A stretch of DNA of 64,000 bases, taken from positions 1 to 64,000 of the IMG/VR virus record IMGVR_UViG_3300043313_001352. One strand, given 5' to 3'. The stretch is from a virus. The notes below the pieces were generated by a model. It made no database searches, had not been told where the DNA came from, and worked only from the letters and a program-made list of their open reading frames with translations. The translations under genes were made by a program, and so were the position numbers. Positions 28,877 through 38,089 of the stretch are shown here, piece by piece. Position 1 is the stretch's first letter; every line of letters begins with the position of its first letter.

Positions 28877-29158
28877 ATGCGCTTGCTCCCGACGCTGGAC
28901 TTCCCCGAGACCGAGACCGGTACCTTCCTCGCCCGTGCCTACGCCACGCAGGAGGAGGGCTTCCTGGCCGTCGAGCAGGACGAGTCCGGGGACATCGTGG
29001 ACCTGGCCTACTCCTGGGAGACCGCCGAGTCGCTCGCCCTGAACGGATCGCGGGTCACCGTGCTCTGGTCGGACGGCGACTACTGGGACGTCGAGCGGGT
29101 GCAGCGGTTGTGCGATACCTCGCGAGCGGCCTACCGCGACTGCTTCGACGTCGCCTAG
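28877..29158 (+). CDS. Acidic hypothetical protein
   Basis: Adjacent ORF. Confidence 0.6.
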   Translation: MRLLPTLDFPETETGTFLARAYATQEEGFLAVEQDESGDIVDLAYSWETAESLALNGSRVTVLWSDGDYWDVERVQRLCDTSRAAYRDCFDVA

Positions 29159-29168
29159 TCTGGGCGCA

Positions 29169-29301
29169 CGTAGCCGCTACTCTCCCCCGATGACGCGGCT
29201 ACGGGTCCCTCGCGTGGACGGGGCGAGCCCCGGCTGCTGACCCGAGACGGCGCCGGAGGCTTCCCTCCCGGAACGCCCCGCTTCCTCCACGCGAGGGACC
29301 C
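29169..29301. ncRNA. Candidate structured RNA
   Basis: 9-bp hairpin then perfect 16-bp IR 29203-29218/29286-29301 enclosing further stems. Confidence 0.45.
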
Positions 29302-29309
29302 CTCCCCCT

Positions 29310-29426
29310 CACTGACGTTTACGCAGCTGGCTCCCTCGCCGCGGGCCGTGCGTCGACGCGCGGTTTCGACACTGACGGGAGAGTGTGGTATGCTTACGCA
29401 GTAAGCAAACGACGTAAGGACAGATC
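29310..29426 (+). promoter_or_regulatory. Module 4
   Basis: Box ends 29326; TATGCT at 29389. Confidence 0.8.
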
Positions 29427-29885
29427 ATGACCAGCATCCCGACCGGCCCGCGGGCCGACAAGCATGGCAACCTGATCGCCCGCGAGGGTGCCGACCGTTG
29501 CGGCTGCGGTGCGAAATACTGGGAGGACGACAAGTGCGTCGACTGCGGCACGCACGTGCGGCACGCGATCCAGCCGGAACTCCCCGAGGTGCCCGCGAAC
29601 CCGATCATCGCGCTGGTCCGCGAGGACGACGTGGAGCACGACCCGTGGGGCACCGGCATGGCGTGGGCGTTCGCCGTCGCCGAGAACCTGCACTTCCGCG
29701 CGGGGGAGCCCGTGCCGGACTCGCTCGGCTACCGGCCGGGCATGGGCGCGACCGATATCGAGCCGGACGATTTCAACGCGCAGACCATCGCCGAAGAGGG
29801 TTTCGACTCCGGCACGATGACCGAGGCGGCCGAGATCTTGAGCGCTTTCCTCGACGAGTGCAAGCGACTCGGGAAGGACTACTGA
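29427..29885 (+). CDS. Hypothetical protein with N-terminal Zn ribbon
   Basis: CGCGAKYW...CVDCG. Confidence 0.7.
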   Translation: MTSIPTGPRADKHGNLIAREGADRCGCGAKYWEDDKCVDCGTHVRHAIQPELPEVPANPIIALVREDDVEHDPWGTGMAWAFAVAENLHFRAGEPVPDSLGYRPGMGATDIEPDDFNAQTIAEEGFDSGTMTEAAEILSAFLDECKRLGKDY

Positions 29886-30088
29886 TGGCGCGCGTGTGGC
29901 AGCGCGTGGTCACCACGCCCGAGTTCCGCGCGGGTCAGAACGCGGCGTGGGAGGACTTCCGCAAGGATCCGGACTCGACCCCCAACGTCGAGTTGCTCGC
30001 GCGGCTGCGCTCGCGTGAGTTCGCCGCTGGCTACACCGACGAGTGGGAGCACTTCATTGCCCCCGTGCTCGCCCGGCGCCAGGACTAA
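29885..30088 (+). CDS. Small hypothetical protein
   Basis: TGATG coupling. Confidence 0.55.
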   Translation: MARVWQRVVTTPEFRAGQNAAWEDFRKDPDSTPNVELLARLRSREFAAGYTDEWEHFIAPVLARRQD

Positions 30089-30134
30089 AGCGCGCGCCAG
30101 CTGACGGCCCCGGCCGCCAGCTGACGGCGCACGG

Positions 30135-30249
30135 AACGTCACTGACGTTTACGCAGCTCCGGCGGCCTGGCGCCGCGGCCGTGCACTCGGAGCGGCGGGA
30201 CGGTGTGGTATGCTGACGTAGTCAGCACGACACAACGACGGAGGACCGG
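30135..30249 (+). promoter_or_regulatory. Module 5
   Basis: AACGTCACTGACGTTTACGCAG ends 30156; TATGCT at 30209; TGCTGAC-gta-GTCAGCA. Confidence 0.8.
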
Positions 30250-30504
30250 ATGAGCGACGCAGTCGAGTGGATCTTCGAGGGTCCCGACCCCGAGGTGGGC
30301 ATCTTCGGCGACCTGATCGTGCACCCGTGCGCGAAGAACGTGGACGAGGAGCAGGCCGAGGAGGTCGGCACCGTGCACGCCGAGAAGGTGCACACGGTCC
30401 GGATCATCACCCGGTTCCGGTGCCCGGCCTGCGGCGCGGAGACCACCGCGACCGAGGAGCAGCCGCGTGAGCACTTCCTGGAGCCCGGCCGGGGTGGCTG
30501 GTGA
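30250..30504 (+). CDS. Small hypothetical protein
   Basis: Leader upstream. Confidence 0.65.
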   Translation: MSDAVEWIFEGPDPEVGIFGDLIVHPCAKNVDEEQAEEVGTVHAEKVHTVRIITRFRCPACGAETTATEEQPREHFLEPGRGGW

Positions 30505-30872
30505 TGGCCAAGCCCGAGACCAGCACCCGTGAGAACGCAGTGATCGCGCTCGGCGCGGTCCTGCTGATCGTGATGTTCTACGGCGGCGGCGCGATCGGCA
30601 GCAACTACTCCGAGACCACCGGCGTGGGCACGCTGATCGGGCTGCTGGCTGGCACCGGCGCCTGGGCGCTCGTGTTCGGCACGGTGTGCTGGCTGCTGGC
30701 CCCCAAGCCCAAGCCGCTGGAGACCTCGCCGTTCGATGACGACCAGCCCGAGGAGACCGAGCCCGTCGAGGAGGAGGACGACCACGAGGAGCAGGAGCCC
30801 GTGGATCTCGACTACTTCGAGATGGAGCAGGCGCGGCAGGCCGAGGAGTACCCGACGCGCGAGGGCTGGTGA
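30504..30872 (+). CDS. Two-TM protein with acidic tail
   Basis: Hydrophobic segments, D/E-rich C-terminus. Confidence 0.65.
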   Translation: MAKPETSTRENAVIALGAVLLIVMFYGGGAIGSNYSETTGVGTLIGLLAGTGAWALVFGTVCWLLAPKPKPLETSPFDDDQPEETEPVEEEDDHEEQEPVDLDYFEMEQARQAEEYPTREGW

Positions 30873-30876
30873 CGCA

Positions 30877-30917
30877 CGAAACCCCGCTAGATACACGAGG
30901 TGCCTAGCGGGGTTTCG
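30877..30917. terminator. Terminator-like hairpin
   Basis: 14-bp perfect IR CGAAACCCCGCTAG/CTAGCGGGGTTTCG. Confidence 0.65.
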
Positions 30918-30920
30918 CTC

Positions 30921-31030
30921 TGCCTTCACCCACTTTGGTCTGGGCCGAAGCCCGTCTCATCATGGGATCTGACTGCAGCCTTTGCCTTCACGCTCAAGGT
31001 CCCGAAGGACCGAGTGCTCTCCAGCTCTGG
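30921..31030 (-). ncRNA. Candidate minus-strand structured RNA
   Basis: Two cUUCGg hairpins, each followed by GUGAAGGCA. Confidence 0.45.
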
Positions 31031-31052
31031 CAGGTCCCCAACGTAGCCAGGG

Positions 31053-31174
31053 CACTGACGTTTACGCAAGGAGCGACACGCCGCGCGCTGGCGTTTTGGC
31101 AAACAGGTTGGTGATGACGGGACGGTGTGGTACGCTTTCCTTGAAAGCGAACGACAACGACGAAGGGACACCCG
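31053..31174 (+). promoter_or_regulatory. Module 6
   Basis: Box ends 31069; TACGCT at 31131; CGCTTTC-ctt-GAAAGCG. Confidence 0.8.
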
Positions 31175-31531
31175 ATGCGCGAGGACCACTACTCCAACAC
31201 GGTGGAGGACGCCGGTGCGTGGGAGCGCGAGCGTGGCATGGCCGAGGACGTGGACTACGACCGGCCCACCGCCGCCGAGGCGGAGGCTGACCGCTGGTTC
31301 ACCGGTCCGGAGACGGTGATCGGCTACGGCATCCGCTGCGCTCACTGCAAGAACCGCCACGCCACCGTGGCCGACGTCCGCTGGTGCGGGGACGTGCACG
31401 CCGAGGCCAAGGCTGAGGCGCTGGCCGAGGCCGAGGCGGACCGGGCCTTCGCCCGCGACCGCGAGGCGATCGCCGAGCGCGGCACCTGGTTCGGTCCGGT
31501 CACCGAGGCCGACTCGTGGGACGAGCGGTGA
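31175..31531 (+). CDS. Hypothetical protein
   Basis: IRCAHCKNRHATVADVRWC. Confidence 0.7.
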   Translation: MREDHYSNTVEDAGAWERERGMAEDVDYDRPTAAEAEADRWFTGPETVIGYGIRCAHCKNRHATVADVRWCGDVHAEAKAEALAEAEADRAFARDREAIAERGTWFGPVTEADSWDER

Positions 31532-31827
31532 GCGCCCCGCTGGCGAGCGCGTGCGAGCACCACGACGCCGCGGGAGAGTGCGACGAGGAGTGCCTCGCGC
31601 TGGTGCAGGCGATGAACACCGACTTCAGCGAGCCGATGATCTACGGCGACTATCTCGGCGGCACGTCCTCGATCGACTGGTCGGGCTGCCACGCGCCGGA
31701 GCCGCGCGTCGAGCGGATCGCCCGGCTCGACCCCGTCACCCGGCGGATCTACTGGGAGGAGGTGTGCCCCTACGAGGACGAGCACGACGCCACCGACTGC
31801 ACCGCCTGCTCGTATCTGGGGATGTGA
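31528..31827 (+). CDS. Cys-rich acidic hypothetical protein
   Basis: GTGA coupling. Confidence 0.6.
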   Translation: MSAPLASACEHHDAAGECDEECLALVQAMNTDFSEPMIYGDYLGGTSSIDWSGCHAPEPRVERIARLDPVTRRIYWEEVCPYEDEHDATDCTACSYLGM

Positions 31828-31873
31828 GCCCCCGCTCGTCCGGCCGCCCCAAGGAGGCGGCCGGGCGGGTCGG

Positions 31874-31996
31874 AACGTCACTGACGTTTACGCAGCCAGC
31901 TCGCCTGGCCGCCGGGGTACGACTCCCGCGTCGCGAGAGGTTCGACTGGACAGTGTGGTATGCTTTCCTTGAAAGCAAACGACGAAGGGACACACC
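31874..31996 (+). promoter_or_regulatory. Module 7
   Basis: Box ends 31895; TATGCT at 31959. Confidence 0.8.
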
Positions 31997-32458
31997 ATGA
32001 GGATCCACTCCGACTCGGTCGACACGCTCGACATCCGCAAGGCCGCGACGCTCGCCGCCGTGGACTTCACCCGCTTCGACCTCAAGGGCAGCCGCTCACG
32101 CGCGCAAGCCTTCGACGTCATCTTGACCGGTGACTCCGGGCGCCAGCAGAACGGCGGCGGCGATGAGGCGGCGTCCTGGGACCAGTGGGGGATCTTCCTG
32201 GGCCACCTGTTCCGGCTGGACCAGCACCTCAAGACGCCCTACTACGTCGACGGGGAGCACTTCGTCTGGGTCACCGGCAACCGGTTCACCCCCGACTTCA
32301 CCCCCGGTGACTGCCACCGCCGCCACCGGTGGGGGATGGGTCACCCCGCGATCACCGGGACCTACTCGGTCGCCGAGTGCGAAGAGGGCAAGGACCCGTG
32401 CGGCGCGGTTCAGCGCTGGATGCTGCACGGGCGCACGTTCGCCGACCTCAACCGCTAG
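31997..32458 (+). CDS. Conserved actinophage hypothetical protein
   Basis: GSRSRAQAFDV...AASWDQWGIFLGHLF. Confidence 0.75.
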   Translation: MRIHSDSVDTLDIRKAATLAAVDFTRFDLKGSRSRAQAFDVILTGDSGRQQNGGGDEAASWDQWGIFLGHLFRLDQHLKTPYYVDGEHFVWVTGNRFTPDFTPGDCHRRHRWGMGHPAITGTYSVAECEEGKDPCGAVQRWMLHGRTFADLNR

Positions 32459-32477
32459 CGGAGCGGCGGCACCGGTG

Positions 32478-32621
32478 CTAGTAGTACCGGTGCCGGGTGC
32501 CGCCGACGGGCACGAACCAGAGCACCAGGCCGACGATGATCAGGATCGCGCCGATGATCGTCAGCCAGTAGATGCCGAGCACCAGGCCGAGCACCAGAAG
32601 GATGAGCCCGAGGATGACCAT
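32478..32621 (-). CDS. DUF6131-like small membrane protein
   Basis: MVILGLILLVLG...IGAILIIVGLVLW..PVGGTRHRYY. Confidence 0.7.
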   Translation of the reverse strand: MVILGLILLVLGLVLGIYWLTIIGAILIIVGLVLWFVPVGGTRHRYY

Positions 32622-32637
32622 GGGCTCAGGGTACGCC

Positions 32638-32764
32638 CACTGACGTTTACGCAGCTTTCCCACTCTGGAGCGGCCCGCTGGTCTAGTCCCGATTCGCGTG
32701 TGTCCGGACACTGGTGTATTGTTCTTCTTGTAAGAACAACGACGCACCGACCGAAGGACACCCC
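32638..32764 (+). promoter_or_regulatory. Module 8
   Basis: Box ends 32654; TATTGT at 32717; TTGTTCTT-cttgt-AAGAACAA. Confidence 0.75.
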
Positions 32765-33205
32765 ATGATCACTGCCGAGTACCTCGCCCTTGTCGAGGGT
32801 GGCACCGACCACTTCACCGTGGAGTTCCACAGCGACACGAAGCCTGCGGCCAAGCACGCGAGCAAGCGGCTCCGCAAGGTCGTCACGGCGGTCGTCATGA
32901 CCGGCGCGTCGTACGCGAACCTCCGCGTCAACAAGGGCGTCGAGACCGGCCCGCTGCCGTGGGGTTCGTGGATGGACGGTGCCGAGCCGTTCGTGATCCA
33001 GCACAAGGGTCAGGACTACGCCCGCCTGTACTGCATCGAGCACGGCGTGCGGGCGATCTACACCGTGGACGGCGAGGTCGTCACGCGGGACGAGTACGAG
33101 TCCTACCTGACGCCCAGCCAGCGCTCCGCGCCCCGGCCCAACGGCGGCTGCATCACGGTCAAGATGAGCGGCGTGCGGCTCGTCGGCGAACCGGCGTTCG
33201 CATGA
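32765..33205 (+). CDS. Hypothetical phage protein
   Basis: LPWGSW...IQHKGQDYARLY. Confidence 0.7.
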   Translation: MITAEYLALVEGGTDHFTVEFHSDTKPAAKHASKRLRKVVTAVVMTGASYANLRVNKGVETGPLPWGSWMDGAEPFVIQHKGQDYARLYCIEHGVRAIYTVDGEVVTRDEYESYLTPSQRSAPRPNGGCITVKMSGVRLVGEPAFA

Positions 33206-33618
33206 CCACGGTCCGCGTCCGCGTCCGCGTTCGTTGTGGCACCTGCGCCGACTGCACAGCCGCCGCTGCCCCGGCCAAGGTGGCCAAGATCGAAGCCCGC
33301 CCGGCTCGTCCGGCTCGTCGGAACGCCTGCGTGTACTGCACCACGCCGGGGTGCGCCGGGGACTGCCCGCGCGCCGTGGCAGCCAAGCGCAAGGCCGAGG
33401 TGCCCTTCTCATGGACGTCGTGGGAGTGGCTGGTGCCGTGGCTGGACTGGTGGCTGACACGGCTGTCCGCCACCAAGCCCCGCACCGCCTCGGCGATCGT
33501 CTACATCGGCCTCGGTCTGGTGATCCTCGCGATCGTCGCCGCCGTGCTTGCCTACTTGGCAGCGATGCTCCTGATGGTCCCGTTCGTGATCATCGGCTTC
33601 CTCATCTTGGTCGACTGA
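33202..33618 (+). CDS. Cys-rich membrane protein
   Basis: ATGA coupling; C-terminal TM segments. Confidence 0.6.
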   Translation: MTTVRVRVRVRCGTCADCTAAAAPAKVAKIEARPARPARRNACVYCTTPGCAGDCPRAVAAKRKAEVPFSWTSWEWLVPWLDWWLTRLSATKPRTASAIVYIGLGLVILAIVAAVLAYLAAMLLMVPFVIIGFLILVD

Positions 33619-33676
33619 CCCACTGCCCGCCACGCGACCCGGCCCCGAAGAGGGGCCGGGAAGGAGGCCGCGAGCT

Positions 33677-33784
33677 ACTGACGTTTACGCAGGGCGGCGC
33701 CTGGGCCGCGGGCGCGCCTGGTTGGGGTCTGTCGGGACAGTGTGATATGCTTACGCAGTAAGCAAACGACGAAGGGACACCCCC
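33677..33784 (+). promoter_or_regulatory. Module 9
   Basis: Box ends 33692; TATGCT at 33746. Confidence 0.8.
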
Positions 33785-34315
33785 ATGGCACACACCGCCA
33801 CCCGCACCAACCGCTACGCCGCCGCCTGCGCCGACTGCCGCGGCTGGGTGCACGCCGACGCAGGCGTGCTCACCAAGTCCGCCGCTGGCAAGTGGGAGAC
33901 CCGGCACATGGGCGCGTGCCCCGCGCCCAAGGCACCGGCGAAGAACGCCGAGCCCGGCTACTACGTCCGCCCCGCCGACGGCCGCGCGGTCGTCGTGGTC
34001 GCGGGCAAGCGCCACCCCGAGCGCACCTACGGCAAGGTGCTCACCTTCCCGGCCGACGGCAGCCGCCCGTCGTGGGACTACGTGCGCGGCGCGGGCTACT
34101 CGGTCGCCGACCTGCGGCCGATGACCGCCGCCGACGCGGCCGAGATGGGCTTGAGCCATGGCTACTGCATCCGCTGCTGCGCACCGCTGGGCGGCGAGAC
34201 CCTGTCCGCCGCCGTGTCCGCGCTGGTCGGCTACGGCGAGACCTGCGCCAAGCGGATGGGGTGGGCCTACCCGAAGGGCGTCGCGGCCCAGCGCGCTCGC
34301 CTCGCGGAGGGCTGA
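33785..34315 (+). CDS. Zn-binding protein with DUF6011-like C-terminus
   Basis: NRYAAACADC; GYCIRCCAPL...SALVGYGETCA. Confidence 0.7.
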   Translation: MAHTATRTNRYAAACADCRGWVHADAGVLTKSAAGKWETRHMGACPAPKAPAKNAEPGYYVRPADGRAVVVVAGKRHPERTYGKVLTFPADGSRPSWDYVRGAGYSVADLRPMTAADAAEMGLSHGYCIRCCAPLGGETLSAAVSALVGYGETCAKRMGWAYPKGVAAQRARLAEG

Positions 34316-34360
34316 GCCCCGCGCACGAAGACCCCCGACCCGTGAGGGCCGGGGGTCTTC

Positions 34361-34425
34361 CCATGCCGTGCCATGCCCAACCAAGCCCCGCCTGACCGAG
34401 CCAGACCCCGCCATGCCTCGCCGCG
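34361..34425. repeat. Period-5 tract, 13 x CCNNR
   Basis: ccatg ccgtg ccatg cccaa ccaag ccccg cctga ccgag ccaga ccccg ccatg cctcg ccgcg. Confidence 0.8.
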
Positions 34426-34474
34426 TACTCGGCTCCAGGCTAGCGCCAGCTGAAGGCCAGCTGGGCCGCCGCGG

Positions 34475-34606
34475 AACGTCACTGACGTTTACGCAGGCGG
34501 CCAACCCTCCAGCTGGGCTTCAGCGTTGCGCACTGTTGCGATGGCGGGACGGTGTGGTATGCTTACTTCAGTAAGCGACACAGAGACACAACGAAGGGAC
34601 ACCCCC
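34475..34606 (+). promoter_or_regulatory. Module 10
   Basis: Box ends 34496; TATGCT at 34558. Confidence 0.8.
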
Positions 34607-35458
34607 ATGACCGCCAAGTCCGACGCCCGCGAGGCCCGCCTCGAAGCCATGCACGAGGTGCTGGTTGCCAAGACGGCCGAACTCGCCACGAGCGAGGGCT
34701 GGATGCAGTACTTGGAGTTCGCCTCCAAGTTCCGCCAGTACAGCCTCAACAACACGCTGCTGATCCTCTGCCAGCGCCCCGACGCGACGCACGTCGCCTC
34801 GTACAAGAAGTGGGGCGAGATGGGGCGTCAGGTCCGCAAGGGCGAGCGCTCCATGTCGATCTTCGCTCCGATGATGCGCAAGCGCGAGGACGAGAAGACC
34901 GGCGAGGAGAAGCGCTACATCTCCGGCTTCCGGCTGGTCCCGGTCTTCGACGTCGCGCAGACCGACGGCGACCCGATCCCCGAGCCCGTGCTCCCCGTGC
35001 TGCTCGACGGCGAGGCCCCCGAGGGTCTGTGGGATTCGCTGCTGACGATCGTGGACGCCTCCGGCTACCACGTCGAGCGCGGCGACTGCCACGGGGCGAA
35101 CGGGTTCACCCGCCCGAGCGAGCGGCTGATCATGGTCCGCGAGGACGTGAGCGACGCGCAGGCCGTCAAGACGCTGGTGCACGAGGTCGCGCACATGCTG
35201 CTGCACTGTGGCGAGGAGGGCGGGCTCACCGCCGATGCGATGCTGCACCGCTCAGTCGCTGAGGTCGAGGCCGAGTCGGTCGCGCACATCGTCGCCAACG
35301 TGCACGGGCTGCCGACCGAGACCTACTCGCTGCCCTACATCGCGGGCTGGTCCAACGGCAAGCCCGAGCAGGTCGCAGCGACTGCGGACCGCGTGCTCAA
35401 GACCGCGAAGCAGATCCTCGCGATCACCGAGCCCGCTGAGGAGGAGGTCGCGGCCTGA
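34607..35458 (+). CDS. ArdC-like protein (ssDNA-binding N-domain plus zincin-like domain)
   Basis: FRQYSLNNTLLI..QRPDATHVASYKKW..MGRQVRKGE...VFDVAQTDG; TLVHEVAH...EVEAESVA. Confidence 0.9.
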   Translation: MTAKSDAREARLEAMHEVLVAKTAELATSEGWMQYLEFASKFRQYSLNNTLLILCQRPDATHVASYKKWGEMGRQVRKGERSMSIFAPMMRKREDEKTGEEKRYISGFRLVPVFDVAQTDGDPIPEPVLPVLLDGEAPEGLWDSLLTIVDASGYHVERGDCHGANGFTRPSERLIMVREDVSDAQAVKTLVHEVAHMLLHCGEEGGLTADAMLHRSVAEVEAESVAHIVANVHGLPTETYSLPYIAGWSNGKPEQVAATADRVLKTAKQILAITEPAEEEVAA

Positions 35459-35465
35459 GCGTGAG

Positions 35466-35493
35466 AGCCCGCCCCGAGAGGGGCGGGCTTTCT
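35466..35493 (+). terminator. Intrinsic terminator-like hairpin
   Basis: AGCCCGCCCC-gaga-GGGGCGGGCT followed by TTCT, right after stop. Confidence 0.65.
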
Positions 35494-35506
35494 CGCGCCA
35501 GAACAG

Positions 35507-35617
35507 CACTGACGTTTACGCAGCTCGGCTCTCCTTCAGGGGCCTGGGGCGGTGCGAGGTGCCGCGACAGTGTGGTATGCTTACATCTGTAAGCAGGAAA
35601 CGACGAAAGGACACCCT
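35507..35617 (+). promoter_or_regulatory. Module 11
   Basis: Box ends 35523; TATGCT at 35576. Confidence 0.8.
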
Positions 35618-36004
35618 GTGGACATCAACTTCAGCGTCGGTGACGTGGTCGCCTACGAGCCCTTCGGTGGCGGCGAGCGCATCGTGGTGGTCACCGACCG
35701 CGAGGTGCACAACGGGCAGGACGCTTTCGACGCCGACCTGATCGGCGCCGACGAGCCCTTCAAGGTCTGGGGCTACGCCGACCAGATCACCCGCAACCTC
35801 GGACCGGCCCGCATCGCGGTGGTCGAGGGGCAGGCCGACAAGGTCGCCACGATCGCCCGGTACCTGCCCAGCAACTACGCCGCGAGCGTCGACGGCGAGA
35901 ACGTGCGGATCTTCGGATTCGACTCGCGCGGGTGGACGCTGGACGACTACGTGATCCCGCGTCTCGCGAGCGGCATGTGGCGCGCCACTGAGGTGACGGC
36001 ATGA
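35618..36004 (+). CDS. Hypothetical actinophage protein
   Basis: YLPSNY...GFDSRGWTLDDYVIPRLASG. Confidence 0.7.
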   Translation: MDINFSVGDVVAYEPFGGGERIVVVTDREVHNGQDAFDADLIGADEPFKVWGYADQITRNLGPARIAVVEGQADKVATIARYLPSNYAASVDGENVRIFGFDSRGWTLDDYVIPRLASGMWRATEVTA

Positions 36005-36204
36005 GCACCGCCACCGTGAGCAAGGCCGCGACAATCATCGCGGGCGCTGACGCGGCGTATGGCCGCGAGGATCAGGCATGGTTCGACGCGCTCCCCACCG
36101 AGTCGCTCACGCTGCTGTGGGGCGTGGCAGTCGCCACCCTCGCCGGGGCGTCATGGGATGACGAGGTGTTCGACGCGCTCGCGTCTCGCGGATGGTTCGA
36201 CTGA
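36001..36204 (+). CDS. Small hypothetical protein
   Basis: Coupled. Confidence 0.6.
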   Translation: MSTATVSKAATIIAGADAAYGREDQAWFDALPTESLTLLWGVAVATLAGASWDDEVFDALASRGWFD

Positions 36205-36500
36205 TGGCCGTGCGACTGATCAGTCAGAGCGAAGCCAAGCGCGCCACGGCGTCCGGCCACTGGTTGGGTTCGGAGATCTTCTACACCGAGGACGAGGACT
36301 TCTACACCGTCCGGTTCCACGCGCGCACCTACGACGGCATCAAGGTCGCGTCCTCCTACACGACCGGGGAGATCCGCCTCACCGGGCAGGGCGGCTTCCT
36401 CAAGTCCGAGGTCGAACGGCTCTTCCACCAGTTCGCCAGCCTCTACATCACCGAGCCCGATCTTGACGCGGTGCGCGAGTCGCGCAAGGACGAGGGCTGA
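36204..36500 (+). CDS. Hypothetical protein
   Basis: TGATG coupling. Confidence 0.6.
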   Translation: MAVRLISQSEAKRATASGHWLGSEIFYTEDEDFYTVRFHARTYDGIKVASSYTTGEIRLTGQGGFLKSEVERLFHQFASLYITEPDLDAVRESRKDEG

Positions 36501-36705
36501 TGGGGCAGAAGTGGTGGCCCACCTCGCCCGGCATCCCGGCGGCAGGACACGTCACCGCCAGCGGGTTCTGGCATCCCGGTGGGGGTCACAACTGCGATCG
36601 CTGCAAGGGCTAGGGTGCGCCGCATGGATCCCCTGATCGCCTACCTCAAGCGTCGCGCCGCCCAGTTCATCACTGGGCGGCGTGTTCGTTTCGCCAGCGC
36701 GAACC

Positions 36706-36842
36706 CACTGACGTTTACGCCGAGCTGCCCCAGGTGCCTGGCCGCGCATCCCTCGAACTCACAGCGTCTGCCGAGGTGATGTGATAAACTGACGGAGTCA
36801 GAGAGACCAAACGACACAACGACGCACGACGAAAGAGACCAC
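36706..36842 (+). promoter_or_regulatory. Module 12
   Basis: CACTGACGTTTACGCCG ends 36722; TAAACT at 36785. Confidence 0.75.
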
Positions 36843-37583
36843 ATGAAGCGCATCACCCTTGCCCTGTTCGCAGGCATCCTGGCCCTGAGTGGGCTGACTG
36901 TCGTCGCAGGCGCTGCCTCGGCCGACACCGCACCGATCCCCGACCCGGTGGGTGGCTCGGTCCGGCTCACCGTGGACGACGTCCGCTACGGGGCCGACGG
37001 CGGCTGCCGCAACGCCCCGGTCCGCATCTCGGTGCAGACTCCGGACGACTACGCCTACATGGAGTACGACTTCGAGTCGACCTATGACGGCCCGACCAGC
37101 CTCGCGGACTGGGTGTCCAGCAGCGGCGAGGGGTTCTCCGGTGTCTTCACCGACTCGTTCGTCGTCTGCCCCGAGTACGACAGCCCCGGCACCTACTACG
37201 GCAGGCTGAACGTCAAGTTCTACGACTACGAGTACAACGTGATCGCCGAGACCGACGCCAGCGATGTCTTCCACGTGCTGCCCCGGCTGCACACCTCCAG
37301 CATCGCGGCCTCGCGTGCCACCTACGGCGCCCACGGCTGGGCGCTCAAGGCAACCGCTCGCTACGACGGGCACGCCTGGCGCAACAAGACCGTGAAGCTT
37401 CAGCGCTACGCCGGGCACAACTCGTGGACCACGCTGCGCAACGTCCGGACCAACCGCTACGGCAAGGCGACGCTGGGCTTCACCCCGGCCAACCGCACCC
37501 TGCGCGGCTACCGAGTCCTGCTGCCCGCCAGCAACGGCGCCCCGAACCACGTGTCCAGCACGCACTGGCTGCGTCGCCGCTGA
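36843..37583 (+). CDS. Secreted protein
   Basis: MKR...AASA signal peptide; acidic N-domain, basic Ig-like C-domain. Confidence 0.75.
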   Translation: MKRITLALFAGILALSGLTVVAGAASADTAPIPDPVGGSVRLTVDDVRYGADGGCRNAPVRISVQTPDDYAYMEYDFESTYDGPTSLADWVSSSGEGFSGVFTDSFVVCPEYDSPGTYYGRLNVKFYDYEYNVIAETDASDVFHVLPRLHTSSIAASRATYGAHGWALKATARYDGHAWRNKTVKLQRYAGHNSWTTLRNVRTNRYGKATLGFTPANRTLRGYRVLLPASNGAPNHVSSTHWLRRR

Positions 37584-37651
37584 TCGACCCGCATCAACTC
37601 AAGGACCCCCGGCGCCACTGGCGTCGGGGGTTCGTGCGTTCGAGGGGCGAG

Positions 37652-37768
37652 ACGTCACTGACGTTTACGCAGCTCGCCTGCACGGCCGCACCAGGCTGGG
37701 CTTGAGAACTGACGCGACGGTGTGGTATTCTTACGTCAGTAAGAACAACGACGAAGGGACACACCGAC
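37652..37768 (+). promoter_or_regulatory. Module 13
   Basis: Box ends 37672; TATTCT at 37726. Confidence 0.8.
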
Positions 37769-38089
37769 ATGAGTTTCTCCATCCCGCGCCCCGACTGGGT
37801 GACCGACCAGTCGATCGGCCGCCGCGGCGAGTACGCCCAGTTCCAGATGTTCACGCGTGAGGCCAACGACGCCGTAGCCACCATGGTGCTGGCGATCCTG
37901 AGCGACGCGGTGCGTCTGGGTCCGCCGCGCACCGTGGTGATCGAGGCGATCCAGCAGGGCGTCCGCAACCTCACCCGGCGCTTCCCCGAGATCCACGACA
38001 CCGAGCCCGAGTGGGCGATCACCGACGCGGTGAACCACTACCTCGACATGCGTGAACTGCCCAAGACGAGCCGCGAGGAGTTGTTCTGA
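37769..38089 (+). CDS. Hypothetical protein
   Basis: Leader upstream. Confidence 0.7.
   Translation: MSFSIPRPDWVTDQSIGRRGEYAQFQMFTREANDAVATMVLAILSDAVRLGPPRTVVIEAIQQGVRNLTRRFPEIHDTEPEWAITDAVNHYLDMRELPKTSREELF

Noticed and set aside
30921-31030. Hammerhead ribozyme or glycine riboswitch
   Set aside because: UGAUGAG and CUGGAGAG fragments are present but the CUGANGA/GAAA core and the glycine aptamer 3' motifs are not; kept only as an unknown RNA candidate.
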